Assembly: GCA_963924565.1 (NCBI GenBank)
Contig: OZ004608.1
Location: 28,582,001 to 28,646,000, forward strand
DNA length: 64,000 bases
Source: Ascidiella aspersa
Taxonomy: Eukaryota
Direction: 5' to 3'
The notes under the pieces were generated by a model, which was not told the origin of the DNA, searched no databases, and was given only the letters and a program-made list of their open reading frames with translations. Shown here piece by piece: positions 13,775 to 26,064 of the stretch. Numbering within the stretch: position 1 is the first letter of the stretch; each line of letters starts with the position of its first letter. The position numbers and the translations under genes are program-made.

Positions 13775-13805
13775 GGGGGTGTTGGGGAGGTAGGGGATGA
13801 GGGGG
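13775..13805 (+). other. Potential G-quadruplex
   Basis: GGGGG-tgtt-GGGG-aggta-GGGG-atga-GGGGG: four tracts of at least 4 G with 4-5 nt loops. Confidence 0.55.
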
Positions 13806-13962
13806 TCATATATTCCTCGCGTCCAATTCATTTCGCCGTTCGGACGCTTGTAAAGTTGTAATTCGACGGGCCGTGTTTGAACAGCGCGCAGAGGGACGCT
13901 CCGAATGCGCTTCTGTTTGTTTGTCTATTTGTTTGTGTGGGTGTTTTCCCTCGCGTTTGTTG

Positions 13963-14078
13963 GCGCTCTTGTGTGTGTATGTGCGTGTATGTGCGCTCCT
14001 GTGTGTGTATGTGCGTGTATGTGCGCTCCTGTGTGTGTATGTGCGTGTATGTGCGCTCCTGTGTGTGTATGTGCGTGT
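13963..14078. repeat. 30-bp minisatellite (~4 copies)
   Basis: Unit GCGCTCCTGTGTGTGTATGTGCGTGTATGT; explains the repetitive ORFs at 13806-14157. Confidence 0.95.
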
Positions 14079-14499
14079 TAGCCAGCGTGCGACCTTTATT
14101 CTTAACGAAAATAAAGGCACTAGAATGCATGTAGTTTCGGGTGACGAGTTCAACTAATTAGTTCGATGCGTTATGGTGGCTGACGCAACGCTATGCGTCA
14201 TTACCACGTCGGCTTTGCAAAGTGACGTAGCACGCCCAAATGCAAGGTCCGCTCGCACATTGTCCAACGCCTGTGCTGAGCTGAAACCAACCTATAAGTT
14301 GTATTAACGCTGCTATAATATATTATTGGTTGCAATGTGCAATAGAAACTAAAGAACGGCGATTTGAATTTTGCAAATTATGTAGGCTATTGATTGTTTT
14401 CCCTTCTAATTTATCGGTGCTGCAGATCAGATAGCTTGCATTCTCTTCCTTTAATATTTCCTATATAATTATGTATTTATATATATAACCGTAAAATAC

Positions 14500-14880
14500 C
14501 AGTGTTGTAAACAAGTCAGTTTGAAATGACATAAGTCACAGGTCTAGTCATTTGTAAAGAAACTTAGGTCCAATGTAAATCATATTTAAGTCCAGTCCAG
14601 TCTTTTTTAATAAAAACAAGTCTTTTTCCATGTCAAGTTGTTGTCAAAAATTACACGGTAATGTATTAGAATTGGGTAAACTTGTCCAATTATGAGCAAA
14701 ACTTTAACTAAAAATATACCAAAAATGCAATATAGGCAAGAGAAATGTTTTATATGCAAAAATTAGGATGAAGTCAAGTGAAGTAATTTACCAAATAAAT
14801 TTAAGTCAAGTCAAGTCATTTGAAAACTGTGACTTAAGTGCACTTATGTCAAGTCAATGACTTAAGTCATTACAACACTG
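14500..14880 (+). mobile_element. hAT-like MITE (CAGTGTTGTAA TIR, AAGTC-rich)
   Basis: TIR CAGTGTTGTAA / TTACAACACTG; TSD TAAAATAC/TATAATAC (7/8). Confidence 0.85.
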
Positions 14881-15705
14881 TATAATACTTCCCAACGATG
14901 TTTAGGGCTTAGTTTAGAATCAAGAAAATATTGGTGCAGGTGCCCGGTATCTAGTAAACGGGCAGTTAATCAGGTCGTAAAAAGCTATAAAATTGTTTTC
15001 GTTGATGCCATCCTTGACTGGGCGATTACCATACCGACTTAACGTGCTGACCTTTGTTTTTTTTTATGAAAGGCAAAAAAGTGTCCCAACGCCGAGACCA
15101 CCAGTCGCAAGAGGTCGTGCTGTCAGCTCAGCTGAATAAACAACAAACCGATCCGAAACGATCGCAACTAAAGTACCAAGCCCGAAATTGGGCTTTGTCA
15201 CGTCGGCGTGTTAGCTCAACTGCGGCCCTTCGCGACGTTTTGTTACCGTAGCCTTTGCGCGCATTGAGCGGCGCCACATGGCCAGTATATTCGCAATTAG
15301 GTGTAGGTTAAGAGCGCGTGTACAATAGTGCACGATGCTGTCGCGAAAAAACGGCCGGAAACGGACGTACAAGTGGCGAGACATGTTTTTCGGGATGTTT
15401 AGACAGGTATATTTGCCCCTTAAAGTTTCGACCTGCGTAATTCGCAATTAGGAACACTAAAAAAAGGTCAAACGCCCACTTGGACTATATCACCCACGCG
15501 CGATTTCGAGGTGACATTTACACGCTTTGGACGAACACCTGCGGTTAACTTCTGGAGCAAGATAAACACATAAGCGGGTGTGTTTAACTTCTTCTAATTA
15601 CTTATTCTAAAAAAAGTCTAGGGTACACTATGCACGGATCTGTAATGTAGCTTGAAAATGAATTACCCAGCCTAAAATAAGGTCGAGTAGATCGACATCA
15701 TCTTT

Positions 15706-15748
15706 GATTAAGACGTTTCGATACGAGCTCGTATCATATTCAGTTGAT
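15706..15748 (-). ncRNA. Degenerate minimal type-I hammerhead ribozyme motif
   Basis: Minus strand ATCAA-CTGAATA-T-GATACG(AGCT)CGTATC-GAAACGTC-TTAAT: perfect stem II, GAAAC/GUC, stem I with one mismatch, core G8 mutated to U. Confidence 0.55.
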
Positions 15749-17254
15749 GTTTTAAAAATATATATAATTATGTAAAAACCAACAACAAACCATAACAAAA
15801 TTCTCTCAAAAAAAGCAAATCACACAACATTGCTGTTCACTTTAGTTCGTTGCATAATAGCACAGTCGAATTTCGTGATTTCGTTCTCAGCAAAACACCT
15901 GCCGCCAGGTGGTGCTAGCAAACCTTGGTACCTGGCGTGCGATCACCTGATTGGCCACGCGCCATTTTTGGACCTGGACCTTTAAAGCGCAACTTTACTC
16001 CCGACAAGAACAGCAACAAAAAGGTTACAACATGAGCAGCGGCGTCCAGTCGACTCGGATGAGGCAGTCCGTGGCGACGCTCAATCAAATCATTATCAAG
16101 GTTTCAAAGTAATGCGGCCGATAGCGATCCACAGGAGTCGATGAGGGAAATTGCTCGGCATTTTGTCCCGTGTATCGCGTGCGGGCCGAAGGAGCTCTTG
16201 AGGTTTCGAGAAAGGCGTTCTGTGGCCGTCCAAGTATGCGAATTGGGGAAGCGCGCCAATCGCGCTTGTTAAAGGATGAAAACACACATACCTATATGCC
16301 TGGGTATAGGGCGAATTATTTATCTCTTTTTAGGAGGTCAAACTTTGGATGCCGTCAAAAAGGCTCGATCCTCAAAGGGGATGCCTGCTGTCTTTATAAC
16401 TGTGTGACAAATCGGTAATGCCTTATTAATTACCGTAAATAATTTTGGCTCACTTTCTTCTGGAAACTCTCGTGTGGTTTAGTGGATACTTTTCGTCTAA
16501 GGTATATCAATAGATAAAGAGACTTCACACCTTTGTATGCTTCACATAACCTTTCATATTGTAAAATTAAACAGTTTCTGCCTACAGTTTTACTACTCGA
16601 TTCGATTTCGTATAACTAAATTAACTTAAAAGGAAAAATACAGATACACAATTTATGACAAAGATTTAATTTTTTTTGCATCTGTGCGAGAGGAAACTGA
16701 ATCCCTGTGTTAAATTTGTTATAAATAGTTCTTAACATAGTTTTCGTCGTTTGACAGAAAAATCGTTATGACATATAACGGATAAAATAGTTGATGGCCG
16801 ACATGGCGTATCTTTTATTAGACAAAAATAGGACAAAAAAAGTTTATCAGAAGAAGTATACAAAAAAGCAAATTAATCTATTTTTTTAAAAACTAATAAT
16901 ATGTTAAGGATTTTTCAATTCAACTGCTTTGAATAGGCCAGTGTCGACTGCGATGTTCAAATCACCCGTTGATCGTTGCGAACCATACAAAAATGAATAC
17001 ACCGCTTAGTGTTTTCTTTTAAATCATTTTATACCCGATGACGAAATATAATTGACATCGCTGGTAAGGCGAGATATAACATTGCAAAACAAGCCTGTAC
17101 AAGACAAACAACGGTAGCCAGTCAGTGCGCGATGGACAGAAGGCCGTATCGCGGGCCAAATCGGCCGAGGGCCTGACATCCAACACCACACTTAGCTGAT
17201 TGACCAATCACAGTCGGTCGCTCAAATGACGCGGCCGACGCGAGTAGCACGCGG

Positions 17255-17272
17255 CCAAGGTCACCGAGGTCA
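17255..17272 (+). promoter_or_regulatory. Candidate DR3 / NR5A nuclear-receptor element
   Basis: CCAAGGTCA-ccg-AGGTCA. An inverted CCAAT-like pair (CTGATTGACCAATCAC) lies just upstream at ~17196-17211. Confidence 0.35.
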
Positions 17273-19499
17273 CGACACGCGGTATAACGAGGCCGGAGCT
17301 GGTAGCAAATTTGCCGCACGCTGGCGAGCGGGGATTAGGGGGGCAACGAGAGGCAATTGCAACGACAGGCCTTTGGCCTTGCGGTCTAAAGTTATACTGT
17401 TGCTGGTGCCGTGGTGGCTGTAATATGGGCCAATCGCCGACCTTTGAAGATGACCACTTTGGGAAGCGGCCAGCCTGGTCTTTGTTTGGCATTTCTTCTA
17501 GCCTCCTTTCGCACAGTAAGGCGTCGATTTGAGAAAAGCACAAAAAATTGTCGTTGTCGGTCAATTTTCGCCACAGATTTGAAATGCGGGAACGGCGCCG
17601 CTTGGATTAGAGTCGTGATTTTACGGCAATCGAGCAGTGAGCAGGCCTCTCTTCGGCCAGGAATGTCGTGCGGAGAATTTGCGAACCCCTAGTTGTATGC
17701 TCACTCTTCTAACATCTCCGACCTATCTGTGCAACTCTTTAAATTAAACTCGAGTCGGGTTTGATTGCGCCACAGGAACAATAAATTGAGATTGATTTAA
17801 CATATATTAAGTTCGATCTATTTACAGTCATATCACAAAAGTTTAAGCTTTAATGCACTCTGTTGGGTAAATGCCGGGACCCTTCTACTTTCCCCTTTGT
17901 GTGGTTATTTATATGATGGTGCAATGCAGTCGTGACTCCGAGAAATTAGTCAACGATTAGTCGAACACAAAGCGGGAATTTAAAGCACCCACTGTATATT
18001 TTTTCTAACTCTAAAATTCGCGCAAACGGCTTTCACTATTAACCAACGTAACTCGTATTAAAGCGACAAATTTTGCCAGCGACACACAGAGTACTTACTG
18101 GTTGCGTGGAAATCGGAACCCACTGTTTAACGACAGATTTTATTACAATATTCTAATGACCAAACCAGTAAAAATAGTTTAGGCTTTATCACAGTATTCC
18201 TTGCAATCAAGGCATTACAAACTAATAACGTTTTCGATGGCGCAAAACAAAACGACACAATGTCAAATACATTTTTAGAATAATGCATTTGCATTTTACT
18301 GTAAAAACATTGTAGAATAGGGTTAAAAAATCGAAAACCCGGCTGTTAAATAAGGTGGTCGTAAGTAGTGAACAAAACGTTTTCACAAGTGTTGCTTGAT
18401 GACCTGATGATGGACTGCCGTTAGCTGTATGCGCACAAGCAGACAAATCTTTCCAGTGTAGCTTTAGCGACATCGAGCGGCAATCACTATTGACTAAGCA
18501 AGCAACGTAATCTATTTGTGGGATTATTTTATACCAAACTATGGCTACACTAAGAATAGTTATGTACTGCCATTTGGCCAACATAATCACCATATCTAAA
18601 ACCAGGATATCTGGCTGACCAATTTTGAGGGCTAAAAACTATTTCAAGCCAACGTAAATGTGTGCAATAAAAATAACACAGCGCGTTACTATACGGAACT
18701 GTGGTGTGTTTTTCAGTTTAGTTAGAACGCCTCAGTAGTTTGTTAGTCTAAACCGCAAGCGATAAACGCTGTGACATAATGGTAAAGTAATATTATTGCG
18801 GTAACTTTTGCGAACCGTTACTATGAAACAAAAGGTAAATTTAGGTTAAGGTTTAAAATAAACTGCTTTGTGAGAACGCTTTATAACCTTTGTAGATGCC
18901 TAAATTCTTAATTTCCAATGCTTTTTATTTAAAATGAAGATAATATGCTAGTCTAACCTAGGGCTACCATATTTTCAGCACCTAAAGAGGACATTTTCTT
19001 GCCTCCTAAAAGAGGATATATGGTAGGCCTAGTCTAACCAAGTTATATATTGGCTATGGTTACCATATTATACACCCAATATAATACGTTTCGATTAAAT
19101 ATAAGTATTGCGAGACTGTCTTGTTCTCGAGCAATTCTGCTGTAACTCAAAACTCAATTTAATAGAGCTTCTGTCTACTCAACGTAGTTATACCAGAAAA
19201 TTGATGACACTATGGAACTTTATTAACGTCAACGTTTTGAAAACATTGCAGTGACGAGCAGTATTAATGAAAATATTAATCGTGTATATAATTATTGTGC
19301 AATTTCAATAATTTGACTTGCGAAGATACAATCATATTCGTAATGACGGCGAGTTATGAAGTTTGGCAGATTAAACAGAGAATAAAGAAACGATATGTCG
19401 CCAGCTTAAAGATGCAAGACAAATGTCGTTAAACGTTGAATGAAAGCGCATAAAATGATTGAACAATCTTCTGGCGACGTCCGAAGACAGCTTATGACT

Positions 19500-22400
19500 T
19501 TATAGTCCGTAGGTTATCCTGAAAGTAATATATTTACGGTTGCACCCATGGTAAGAGTTTTTGGCCAAGCATAGAAAAATGAAGTTTTCACAATCAGCTA
19601 ACATACAAAATACAGAGTTGGATAATTTGTAATTTGTAATTGATGTAACTAATTACAGGTTTTAATGTACTTTTAATTGTAATGTATTTGAGACATTTTC
19701 ATTTTGTGTAATTATAATTGTAATTGTAGTTGCTAAAATTTTGGCACAATACATTGATATTGAGAAAATTGAAGTTTTAATGCGGAAACTTGTAATTGAT
19801 GTAATTAATTACAGTTTTTAATGTAATTGTATTGTAATTTAATTGAACCATTTAAGGGAGTAAATATAATTGTTATTGAACTAAATTAATGTAATTGATC
19901 CAACTCTGATTCAAAGTTATTAAGCGCATTCGGCCGACTTTTTTGGAATGATTTTGTGCAGAACGTACTTGTAATCGGATTCAGACCAATTTAAAACTTA
20001 CTTGGATTCCTGCAAAACAGCGTAGACTTGATTCCTCCAAGTTCCGCCCTTGCCATTGGGATGACAGCCGCCGCCACTCCCGTACTTGTCGTATGTGTAC
20101 TGCGCGTCGAGCGCGCCGAAACATTGGCCGCCAAATTGCACGCCGAACACGGCGTAACCTCTGTGACGAAATGTAAAAAAAATTTTAAATAAATTGCTCA
20201 GGAAAAGACGAATTGTGGCAACACTATTTGAATCGCCTTTTATAAAGTCACTTAAAGGTTCGTTACTCTATAAGAAAGCTGACTAATCAAAGTTTTCAAA
20301 ACATTACAATCCAGCGATTGTAACTTCGCAGATTAACCTATTGGGGAGACACTGTTAAAATTTAATCTGACAAAGTAATTACACGTTGAAGTAATTTCAA
20401 AGCGATGAAAAAGGAGTATGAGTTTAATGTAACATTTCGTTTAATGAATAAACGTTTAGTATGTGTTGGAACACCGAAGCTATTTTCAACTATACCCAAG
20501 ACCTCCGACTGATACGGTGTCTGCTCACATCAGTGTTGTAATAACTTAAGTAATTGGCTTGACTTAAGTGCACTTAAGTCACTGTTTTCAAATGACTTGA
20601 CTTGACTTAAGTCTTTTGGACAAATGATTTGACTTGGACTTAAGTTATTTTGCCAAATCACTTTTGAAATTCAGTGTTTATCTCAAGTTTTGCACATTTC
20701 ACACTTTTATTGCTGTATATTGCGTTTGTGTTGTTTGTTAGTTAAATTGTCGGGTTTACCAATTTTAATATTTTAACAGTTTACTTTTATGACATGACTT
20801 GAAAGTGACTTGCTCTCAAAACGACTCAACTGAGACTTGACTTGGGCAACCGTTGACTTGGACTGGGACTTGACTTGTTACTTTTGCAAATGACTTGACT
20901 GGGCCTTAAGTCATTACAACACTGGATCATATATATAATAATCAATTAGGGTTTAAGAAGCAACAAAAAAAATCTCAAACCAACAAGTTTCTCGTATTCT
21001 TAGCGCTACTGTTTGTTTGGGGTTATTCAAAATAGTCCACGAACCGTGAATATGCCACTTCGGCACACTTTTCTATGGCGTCTGCCCTTGTCGTTGCATC
21101 GCCGTCCAGTCGCTTGTCTAAGCCGTCGAGTGAAGCCATTGCTCTTTCATGTTTGTCCACGTAACATCCGACTTTAAGAAGGGTAACTAAAAAGAGAATT
21201 ACCCACAACACATTAAGGGGTTTATAAAGCGAAGTAAGCCTAAACCATAGGTGTTGGCAATTTTGTTATTATTTAGTTGTCCAGCTTATTAAATTAGTTA
21301 AGCCGTGTGATTTGTGCCATTGTTTTTTTTTGGCCAAAACGCGTTTTTTCACGTGTTAACTGCCTTTGCAATTTCTGTAACGTATTTTATCACGAAACTA
21401 ATATCCAATGCTTCAGGCAATATTGCCGATCTGATACTATATGGCGAGACGACCTCGGTCAAATTATCCTGTTTTTAAGAAAAACATTGCTTCAGAAAAC
21501 TTATTGAAACCTTTTCTGATACCAGTTTTCTGAAACGAACCACTTACAGACGGAGGCGCTCCGAATCTCGTAGACTTGATTGGCCCAAGTGCCACCCTTT
21601 CCATCCGCATGACAAGCGGTTGAATGCCCGTGTTTCCTGTAGGTATCGCGGGCTGTTACTGAGGCGTAGCACTGGCCACCGTACTGCGAAAAAACAAGCA
21701 CAATTTGAAGGTCACAGCTATAAGAATAACAAGTGTTTTACCAAAATACGTCACGAAAAACCAACACACTAACGGGACTGCTGGAGATATAATAACCCTG
21801 GTGTAAAACTCAAGTTGGAGAAAAAAAATTTCCGACCTGCTTAACTTTTGACAATATAACGCTTATCTGTTGTTCACTTTTAGCATGTGCCCAGAGAACT
21901 AATGCTTTAGCGCGCATATTGCCAAATGCAAAACTTAACAATACTGTAATATTAAGAAAAACTATCGCATTAACGTTTCATTATTTTTTTTGTATGCGCC
22001 CTATGTTTATTACAATTGCATGATGCCCCTGTGTACAAGAGCTAATATTAATGGCGCTATACACCTGGAAGTTGTAAGTAGCGCCATAAAAATATCTTTG
22101 GATTAACAAGCAAACATCCTCCTCTATAAACACACTCGTAAAAATTCGGTAAACATGTGATGTTTTGTATTTTAAGTGCGAATAGAAAAAATTAATTGGC
22201 AAACTTTTTACCTGAACTGCGAATATTTCCGCTCCTAAACTTTCAGCCGCCTTTGCGCATATCTCGATCGCTCTGGAGCGACTTCTTGGATCCCCGGTAA
22301 GCACAGATCCCTCCAAACTCGTAATTGCGCGATGTTCCGTGTCTTTCCAGCATCCAAGGTTATTGTAGGTGTCTATGCGCAAAAATAATAAAAAACACAT

Positions 22401-23454
22401 CTTCAGCTAGATTAAAAAAGTTCGCGAATCAGTGTGCTATAGTAGAGCAGTGGTCTCAAACTAAACCATGGGTCACGATAACGTCTGGGGCAGCCTCAAC
22501 CTTTGATGGGGTCGCTACCACTCACCAAATTCTGCAGTTTTAGTGGTTTTATGCGCTCGTGGTCTAATTTTGGTCTAATTAGTTAAATAAAACTGTTAAA
22601 ACAAATTAAAAAAAAGTTTTATGTGGTAACTTCCACGTGTTGATTTCAACTTCATTTTTGGTTAATTTTAACCCTCATTTTGGTTCACATGTGTGTCCGC
22701 AGTTCTCTGGCATTGCGTATAACTTAAAGCATAATAATTAATCGCTTGTGTTATTTAGTTTATGTATTGCTTATCGAAAAAAAAAATACTGCTTTCTTGT
22801 TATTGGGGCTCCGAGACCATTGTTCGAGAGCAGTGTTTTTCAACCAATGTTAAGGCACGGTACATTTTACTCGTTAAAATAATCTTGCGCAATCCCAAAC
22901 AAAAGCGTATATAAATGCGTTATAATAAACAACGCAATCTCATAGCATTTACTTTCAGGTTTTGTTAGTATGGTACTTCGGTCTGTTTGGATGAGCGCAA
23001 AAAATGATGTTAAGGCTTTATTGCAGAAGCCAGACCACGCAATTAAGATTTTATAAGCAATATTGTATCCAACGAGTTTTATTCTTACACAACCGTAAAA
23101 AAAGCAAATTATAATGGAAATTTATAATTGGTTATTACAGTTTCTTACAAAGTTAATTAATTAAATTCCTTGTATTCAACCAGTGAATTTCGATCGGTGT
23201 TCCATGCAAAGTTATCCAGTTATAAATTTATTGTGGAACACTTGACATATTGTATAACGAACACTGTTGCGCATAACTCGAGTGAAGATACAAGGTTAGG
23301 TGATAATTTTCGAAAAACATTCAGCTATTTTGAAATAACAAGGGCACGAATACAAAAACACACCTTGAACTTAATTATTGTACTTACACGTATAGTAAGA
23401 TCCTTGGACCATTCCAAACACGAGACACAGCCCCAAAATGGCGTAGTACAGCAT
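19500..23454 (-). CDS. Secreted protein with two tandem WSC-like (Cys-rich, putative glycan-binding) domains, ~227 aa, 6 exons
   Basis: Exons 23388-23454, 22212-22372, 21548-21683, 21045-21186, 20002-20160 and 19500-19518, with GT-AG sites and consistent phases (1,0,1,2,2). Signal peptide MLYYAILGLCLVFGMVQG. Repeats LGCWKD..RAI..LEG..AIEICA..FAVQYGGQC..GKGGTWANQVY and VGCYVD..RAM..LDG..AIEKCA..FGVQFGGQC..GKGGTWRNQVY. AATAAA at 19219-19224. The last exon is less certain, because the unspliced form would end QESK* at ~19998. Confidence 0.85.
19613..19908. mobile_element. MITE with GTAATT internal repeats (intronic)
   Basis: TIR CAGAGTTGGAT / ATCCAACTCTG; many GTAATTG repeats. Confidence 0.7.
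20531..20924 (-). mobile_element. hAT-like MITE (CAGTGTTGTAA family), intronic
   Basis: 20-bp TIR with 1 mismatch; degenerate TSD GCTCACAT/GATCATAT; GACTT repeats show it is inverted relative to the 14500 copy. Confidence 0.85.
22448..23266. mobile_element. Two adjacent decayed hAT-like MITEs in intron 1
   Basis: CAGTGGTCTCAAAC...CCGAGACCATTG (22448-22822) and CAGTGTTTTTCAACC...GAACACTG (22831-23266). Confidence 0.45.
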
Positions 23455-25579
23455 GTCGACAAATTACGAAGTTCCCGATTGCAGTTTGCAAACAAAAAAC
23501 GTGAAAAGTGCAGTCGGCGTCACGCTTTTATACCAGTCTGACGAGCCTCGAACCTTTCCAACTCGACGTTTTCGATAATTTGGTGGTCACGAAACCGCTT
23601 CTTCGTGTTGCTTTCGGAATACAAAATCTTTAATTAAACTCGTATACTGAGTAATGTGACCAAAGTCTGGTACAGACTGACCACAATCGCAGTCAATTAT
23701 TGTCGGCTAAGAAATGCTGACAGATTTTTAGTACTTTGATGTGACTGTTTGTGTCAAACAGTGGTTCCAGACTTGTGTGGACACGTGCAACTATTGTTGT
23801 TCTATAGAACATAAAAGCCTTTTCATTTGGTACTCGAACAGCTTTAAAGTTATGAGTAGGGAGATTATTTTAGGTCGTGTCATTTTGATATTTCAAAAAT
23901 ATTAACTAAACATTACTATGAATATTTGCATAAACCATAATAAATAACTAATTTACGTTCCACCGGTTGGCTGTAAAACACCGATGCCCAACGATACTAA
24001 TACAGTACTTCACGCAACAATGCACTGTTTAAGGTAATGTATTCCTAGTAGGTCAAAAGTTTGCCCGTAAAAATATATTATTTTTATTTATTTTTTGATG
24101 AGAAGAATGTTTAAAATATTGTAAGTTTTGACATTATTGTGGCTGTCGTATGTTGTTGTATTTCCGCTTAACAATATTACATTAATATTGTCCAAAAGTT
24201 GCGTCTAGCGCTTTGACCTAGTTGGAATTTATTATTAGGCTTTCATAAGCAATAAGTATACCTAAATTTAAGCAAACTGTTTACATTTTAAAACCAGGTG
24301 GTATGTATGCGGCAACATTTAATTTGGTACGAGGCCAGAAAAGGTTCATAACCAATGTCTAAGTAATGCCATGATGACCATTTCACTTCAAATAAGTTCT
24401 TAAACGGGTCGTGCTTTTGTGAAGGCCCTAAGCTCTTAACACTATGGTCGCCCTATATATGATATTCAAAATATAATCGAGTTACGATTAATTTACATGA
24501 TTTTTGTTTAACTATAAGAACATAAAAAAAACATTGAAAATTCGGCTATGAAAATATCGGTGGCGCCACCAATCCCTTGGTACCCTTAGCCCGTGTTTAT
24601 TTTGCTTATTGGATAATCCAGCCCTGGCCAATATGGCCAGATAGAATCGAAACAACATTTGCTTATAAATCAGGCCACCTCGGTTCATGTTGAGGAAATA
24701 TGAATTTATTCTGTCAAAACTTTTGGAAAGATAATTAAGGACGTGCAGAAAATAATTACAAAGCGGCGTCGCAAAAACCGGACGCGATTAGTCGTTTCGA
24801 ATAGGTTAACGACTTTCGACGAAAATACGTGCAGAACGTTGCATAACATCGTTGCATAACAAGAGATGGCTTTTAAGCTGCCAACCTTACTTTACTGTTA
24901 GAGCAGTAACGATTTTGTTTGGAGGGGTACGTAAAGCTATAAACATAAAATAACAAAACTCCAACGTTCCTTGGGTACATTAAGTACGATTCTGTAATGT
25001 AGCTTGATTATGAATTGCAATTCATTACCAAATTCGTTTTTAATGCAAATAAAAATGCCACATTTTTTATTTTTGTCAACAAAAATGTTTTCTGGGCAAT
25101 TAGCGTCTAGATTCTAAATCGTTAGGCGTTTCTTTAATTTTACCGAGTTATTACTACTATTAGCCAATACTTTTCCACAGAGAAAACAATGAGTTTTCTT
25201 TGTATACTATCATGTCCCATGGAACAGTAAAGCCCTTTTATATGTATTCTTTATTATATTTTCGTTTTTGACCTCCTTTACATTCGATGCTTTTGCTAAA
25301 TGTTAAATCCGATCTGTTGCTAATGCGTCGTTTTTGCACATTTTGGCATGCACATTGTGCAAAAAATATTCGCATCCCCGTCTATCTGGTAGGGAACACT
25401 GCTCCAGCAATTATGCTCATTTAGTTTGTTTGTATTTTGTAAGAAGTTTAAAGCTTCAAAGGTTTAAAGACTGGTTTGATCTTTAGAAAATCAATAGTTT
25501 AATCCTTGGAAAAAACGCTAAAATTGTAAACACCAGACACATAATTACCGTACTGAAAATGCATGCTAACTATATACAC

Positions 25580-26064
25580 CAGTGGTTCTCAACCTTTTTA
25601 GCTTGCGGACCGGTAAAATTTCAAAACAAATTTTGTGGACCGGTGAACCTTCAAATATCGAAATCAACCCAAAATATAAACACGACGAAAGTATGCAACT
25701 TAAAAGCAAATAATGGAAACTTGAACTTAATAAGCCATTTGCTGCTGTCTTTTTGATACCATGTGTTATACGTGGTTCTACTGAAGTTTATTTACATACA
25801 ACATGGTCTTCAAGTTGAAGACTTGAGCGAGTTTTAGCCTACTTTTAACCAGTTGGGCACAAATTTTGCAGCATTACGTAGCCTACCATAAAGTCCCAGT
25901 AGATCATTAATGCTACGTCACAACGCTGCAAATTACGAAGCTGGCGTTCTAAATTTGATGGACAAGCCTTCAACATCTTGCAATTTGCAGTTGAGATTTA
26001 AAATTTTAATATATTTCGCACACCGGCAGGAAAGTTGACGCGGACCGGCGGTTGAGAACCACTG
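25580..26064. mobile_element. hAT (Charlie-like) MITE
   Basis: Perfect 15-bp TIR CAGTGGTTCTCAACC; perfect 8-bp TSD ATATACAC. Confidence 0.9.

Noticed and set aside
13806-14157. Repetitive ORFs (RTYTHRSAHT / CVYVRVCALL)
   Set aside because: Translation of a 30-bp minisatellite.
15950-15970. ATTGGCCACG as an ER-stress element (ERSE-II)
   Set aside because: Lacks the 1-nt spacer of the ATTGG-N-CCACG consensus.
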